Shown: one piece after another, positions 61,804 to 64,000 of the stretch
Numbering within the stretch: the stretch's first letter is position 1
How the letters are laid out: each line of letters opens with the position of its first letter
Source of the DNA: Syntrophales bacterium
GTDB taxonomy: Bacteria > Desulfobacterota > Syntrophia > Syntrophales > UBA4778
Assembly: GCA_963665615.2 (NCBI GenBank)
Contig: CAXXQE010000006.1
Location: 1-64,000 of the forward strand
Length of the DNA stretch: 64,000 bases
Direction of reading: 5' to 3'
Program-made: the position numbers and the translations under genes
The notes under the pieces: model-generated
The model's input: only the letters and a program-made list of their open reading frames with translations
What the model was told of the DNA's origin: nothing
Database searches by the model: none

Positions 61804-61858
61804 GTCGATCCTTAAGGAAGAGGGTTAGACATGATTCGCTTGGTTAGCCCGCGGCTTG

Positions 61859-62548
61859 CTATAGGGAATGCGCTCTACCGGATTCGATCAAGTGGACCAT
61901 TCGCGTCACAACTTCTTCGATATTCAGATGGGTTGAGTCGATGACAACTGCGTCGTCTGCCGGTTTCAGGGGCGCCGACACCCTCAACATATCCTGACGA
62001 TCGCGCTTTCTCATCTCCTCTTGAACAGTTGATAATTCGACACGATCCTGTTTATCCTTCAATTCAAGGTAGCGCCTTTTGCTTCTCTCCAGTTCATCGG
62101 CATCTAGATAGAATTTCACATCGGCCTCCGGAAAGACGATCGTCCCCATATCCCTCCCTTCCGCAACAATACCCTTACCCTGTGCGGCTGTTCTCTGAAT
62201 TGTCAGCAGCGCCGCTCGTACAGAAGGAATCGCTGAAACTGTTGAGGCGAGCATCCCGATTTCCGGTGTCCGAATCTTATCGCTAACGTCTCTTCCGTCC
62301 AGAATGACCTTCATTGCGCCGCCTTCATTACGAAAGACAATCGAGGTCTGACGCGCGAGATCTCCGACGCGCCCTTCATCGGCCGTGTTGACACGCAACT
62401 CGGAAACCTTGAGGGCAAGTGCCCGATAGATGGCGCCCGTGTCCAAATACCGGTAGTTCAATCGCTGCGCCAATAGCCTTCCCACCGTACTCTTTCCTGC
62501 ACCGCCTGGGCCATCAATTGTAATAATCTTCCGTCGTTGCTCTTCCAT
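61859..62548 (-). CDS. cmk: Cytidylate kinase
   Basis: ITIDGPGGAGKST, YLDTGAIYR, EGRDMGTIVFP. Confidence 0.97.
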   Translation of the reverse strand: MEEQRRKIITIDGPGGAGKSTVGRLLAQRLNYRYLDTGAIYRALALKVSELRVNTADEGRVGDLARQTSIVFRNEGGAMKVILDGRDVSDKIRTPEIGMLASTVSAIPSVRAALLTIQRTAAQGKGIVAEGRDMGTIVFPEADVKFYLDADELERSKRRYLELKDKQDRVELSTVQEEMRKRDRQDMLRVSAPLKPADDAVVIDSTHLNIEEVVTRMVHLIESGRAHSL

Positions 62549-62755
62549 GAGAGAACCTCTTCCCGAACAGAATCATAGGACATGGGTTCACACATATCAC
62601 ATTATATAAAAGACACAACAGATGATACCGACAACGCCCAGGAATAAGCTTCGAAAAGCTCCGTTCCTTTTCCTCCTCTTGCTTTTCACGAATAAAAGGG
62701 ATAGGATTCGACCCCAGTCAGCTCCATCATTTCACTTTCAGGTTTAAACGAGTTT

Positions 62756-64000
62756 ATGAAAACGCATCCATTTCCGTTCAAGTCCGATAGATCCATCACG
62801 ATCGCTTCCTTCCTGACCCGTTTCTGCCTCATCCCTCTTCTGATATCCTTATGGATTGGCCAGAGTTGTTTCGCTCTTTCGCCGGAAGATGAACGCAACA
62901 TCGGCAAAGAGTTATACGATAAGCTGCGGAAGCAAAATCAACTGATCGAAGATACGCGGGTGAACGCTTACGTTTCACAGATCGGACAGAAGATCCTTCA
63001 GCAGAGCACCCAAACCCGCTACTATGATTTCCATTTTTCCGTTGTCAACAACTCGGCCATCAATGCCTTTGCCACTCCGGGCGGCTATGTTTATATCAAT
63101 AAAGGCCTGATTGATCTCATCGAAAGTGAAAGTGAACTCGCCGGGGTGCTCGCGCACGAAATATCACACGTTACGTGCAGACATATCGCCCAGCAGTATG
63201 AAAAGTCAAAAAAGATCAGCATGGCAACGTTAGCCGCTATTCTGGCTGGCGCCGTTCTTGGAGGCGCCGGAGGCGGGGACGTCGCCATGGTTTCGATCGC
63301 CGCAGCCGGGACGCTTCAATTGAAATACAGTCGGGAAAACGAAGAAGAAGCCGACAGGATGGGCATGCAATTGCTCACCGCGACCGGATATGACGGTGCG
63401 GGTATGTTGAATCTGCTTAAGATCATGAAAAGCTTCGAGTTCTATTCAAAAACGATCCCCTCTTATTTCCTGACACATCCCGGAACGGATGAGCGTATCC
63501 GTTATATCGACGGGCTTTTGCAAACACGCTATAAGTCACGGGGATCAATGGCAATCTTCGGTGGTTTGCCAAGAATCCAGACCCTGCTGCTGCTCTCTGA
63601 AAAAGACACTGACGCCGCGCAGGCCAAATTCGAGGCCCTGCTCAAAAAAGATCCGGATCATATCGATGCCCTCTACGGTCTGGGCATGATTCGAAGCCGA
63701 TCGGGACGGACCAGCGACGCTATGCAGCTATTCACGAGGGCGCTCGCACTAGCCCCCGACGACATCGACATCCTGCGCGGGACGGGGATCGCCTATTTCA
63801 ACGTCGGAAATATACCGCAGGCCGTGGACTACCTCCGGAAGGCCTATGCTTTGGACGACCACGATGAGCAGACGATCCTCTATCTGGCCCGTTCTTACGA
63901 AGAAACCTCGGACGCCAAAACCGCCTTGAGACTCTATCTCGACCTTCTGAAAGTCAAACCGGACGACCCCAATCTGTTCTACCGTCTGGGAATGACCTAT
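62756..64000 (+). CDS. M48 metalloprotease with TPR repeats (BepA/YfgC-like), partial at window end
   Basis: Not in ORF track. My translation gives INAFATPGG, ELAGVLAHEISH (HExxH), YSRENEEEAD, YFLTHP, then TPR-like helices. Confidence 0.92.
   Translation, partial: MKTHPFPFKSDRSITIASFLTRFCLIPLLISLWIGQSCFALSPEDERNIGKELYDKLRKQNQLIEDTRVNAYVSQIGQKILQQSTQTRYYDFHFSVVNNSAINAFATPGGYVYINKGLIDLIESESELAGVLAHEISHVTCRHIAQQYEKSKKISMATLAAILAGAVLGGAGGGDVAMVSIAAAGTLQLKYSRENEEEADRMGMQLLTATGYDGAGMLNLLKIMKSFEFYSKTIPSYFLTHPGTDERIRYIDGLLQTRYKSRGSMAIFGGLPRIQTLLLLSEKDTDAAQAKFEALLKKDPDHIDALYGLGMIRSRSGRTSDAMQLFTRALALAPDDIDILRGTGIAYFNVGNIPQAVDYLRKAYALDDHDEQTILYLARSYEETSDAKTALRLYLDLLKVKPDDPNLFYRLGMTY

Overview
Bacterial chromosomal window. 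Gene order and protein types point to an anaerobic deltaproteobacterium (Desulfobacterota, Syntrophales-like); this is inference only. LEFT PART (1-29.3 kb) is accessory, almost all minus strand and visibly more AT-rich. It holds a partial two-partner-secretion TpsB gene, an unusual WD40-propeller/omptin-protease fusion, and a ~25 kb catabolic island. The island is bracketed by an identical 87-bp piece of IS1595-family transposase and ends just downstream of tRNA-Gly/tRNA-Cys. It contains: (a) a sigma-54 activator with a recognisable -24/-12 promoter and enhancer palindromes; (b) a cyclase-cupin-SDR-3-hydroxyacyl dehydrogenase-BKACE set matching the enzyme families of the anaerobic phloroglucinol pathway; (c) a DUF1302-DUF1329-YCF48-RND cassette; (d) an unexplained peripheral redox module (three paralogous Fe-S proteins, a flavoprotein reductase, a CrtC/AttH lipocalin-fold enzyme, a CCG Fe-S protein and two VAO-type flavoproteins). 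Together these are a candidate uncharacterised anaerobic polyphenol/substituted-phloroglucinol degradation system. RIGHT PART (29.4-64 kb) is mostly GC-rich core genes: pgsA, tal, folK, dapL-dapB-dapA-dapF-lysA, argHGFDB, rmuC, HD-GYP, oppDF-like, pepA, pyrDK, rimI, sppA, rpsA, cmk and an M48 protease. Oddities there are a stand-alone EF-G paralog operon with a leader terminator, a PolX with a degenerate polymerase site, a Cys-rich stand-alone sigma-70 region-4 protein behind DnaA boxes, and several palindromic dispersed repeats. All calls come from motifs read by eye; no searches were run.
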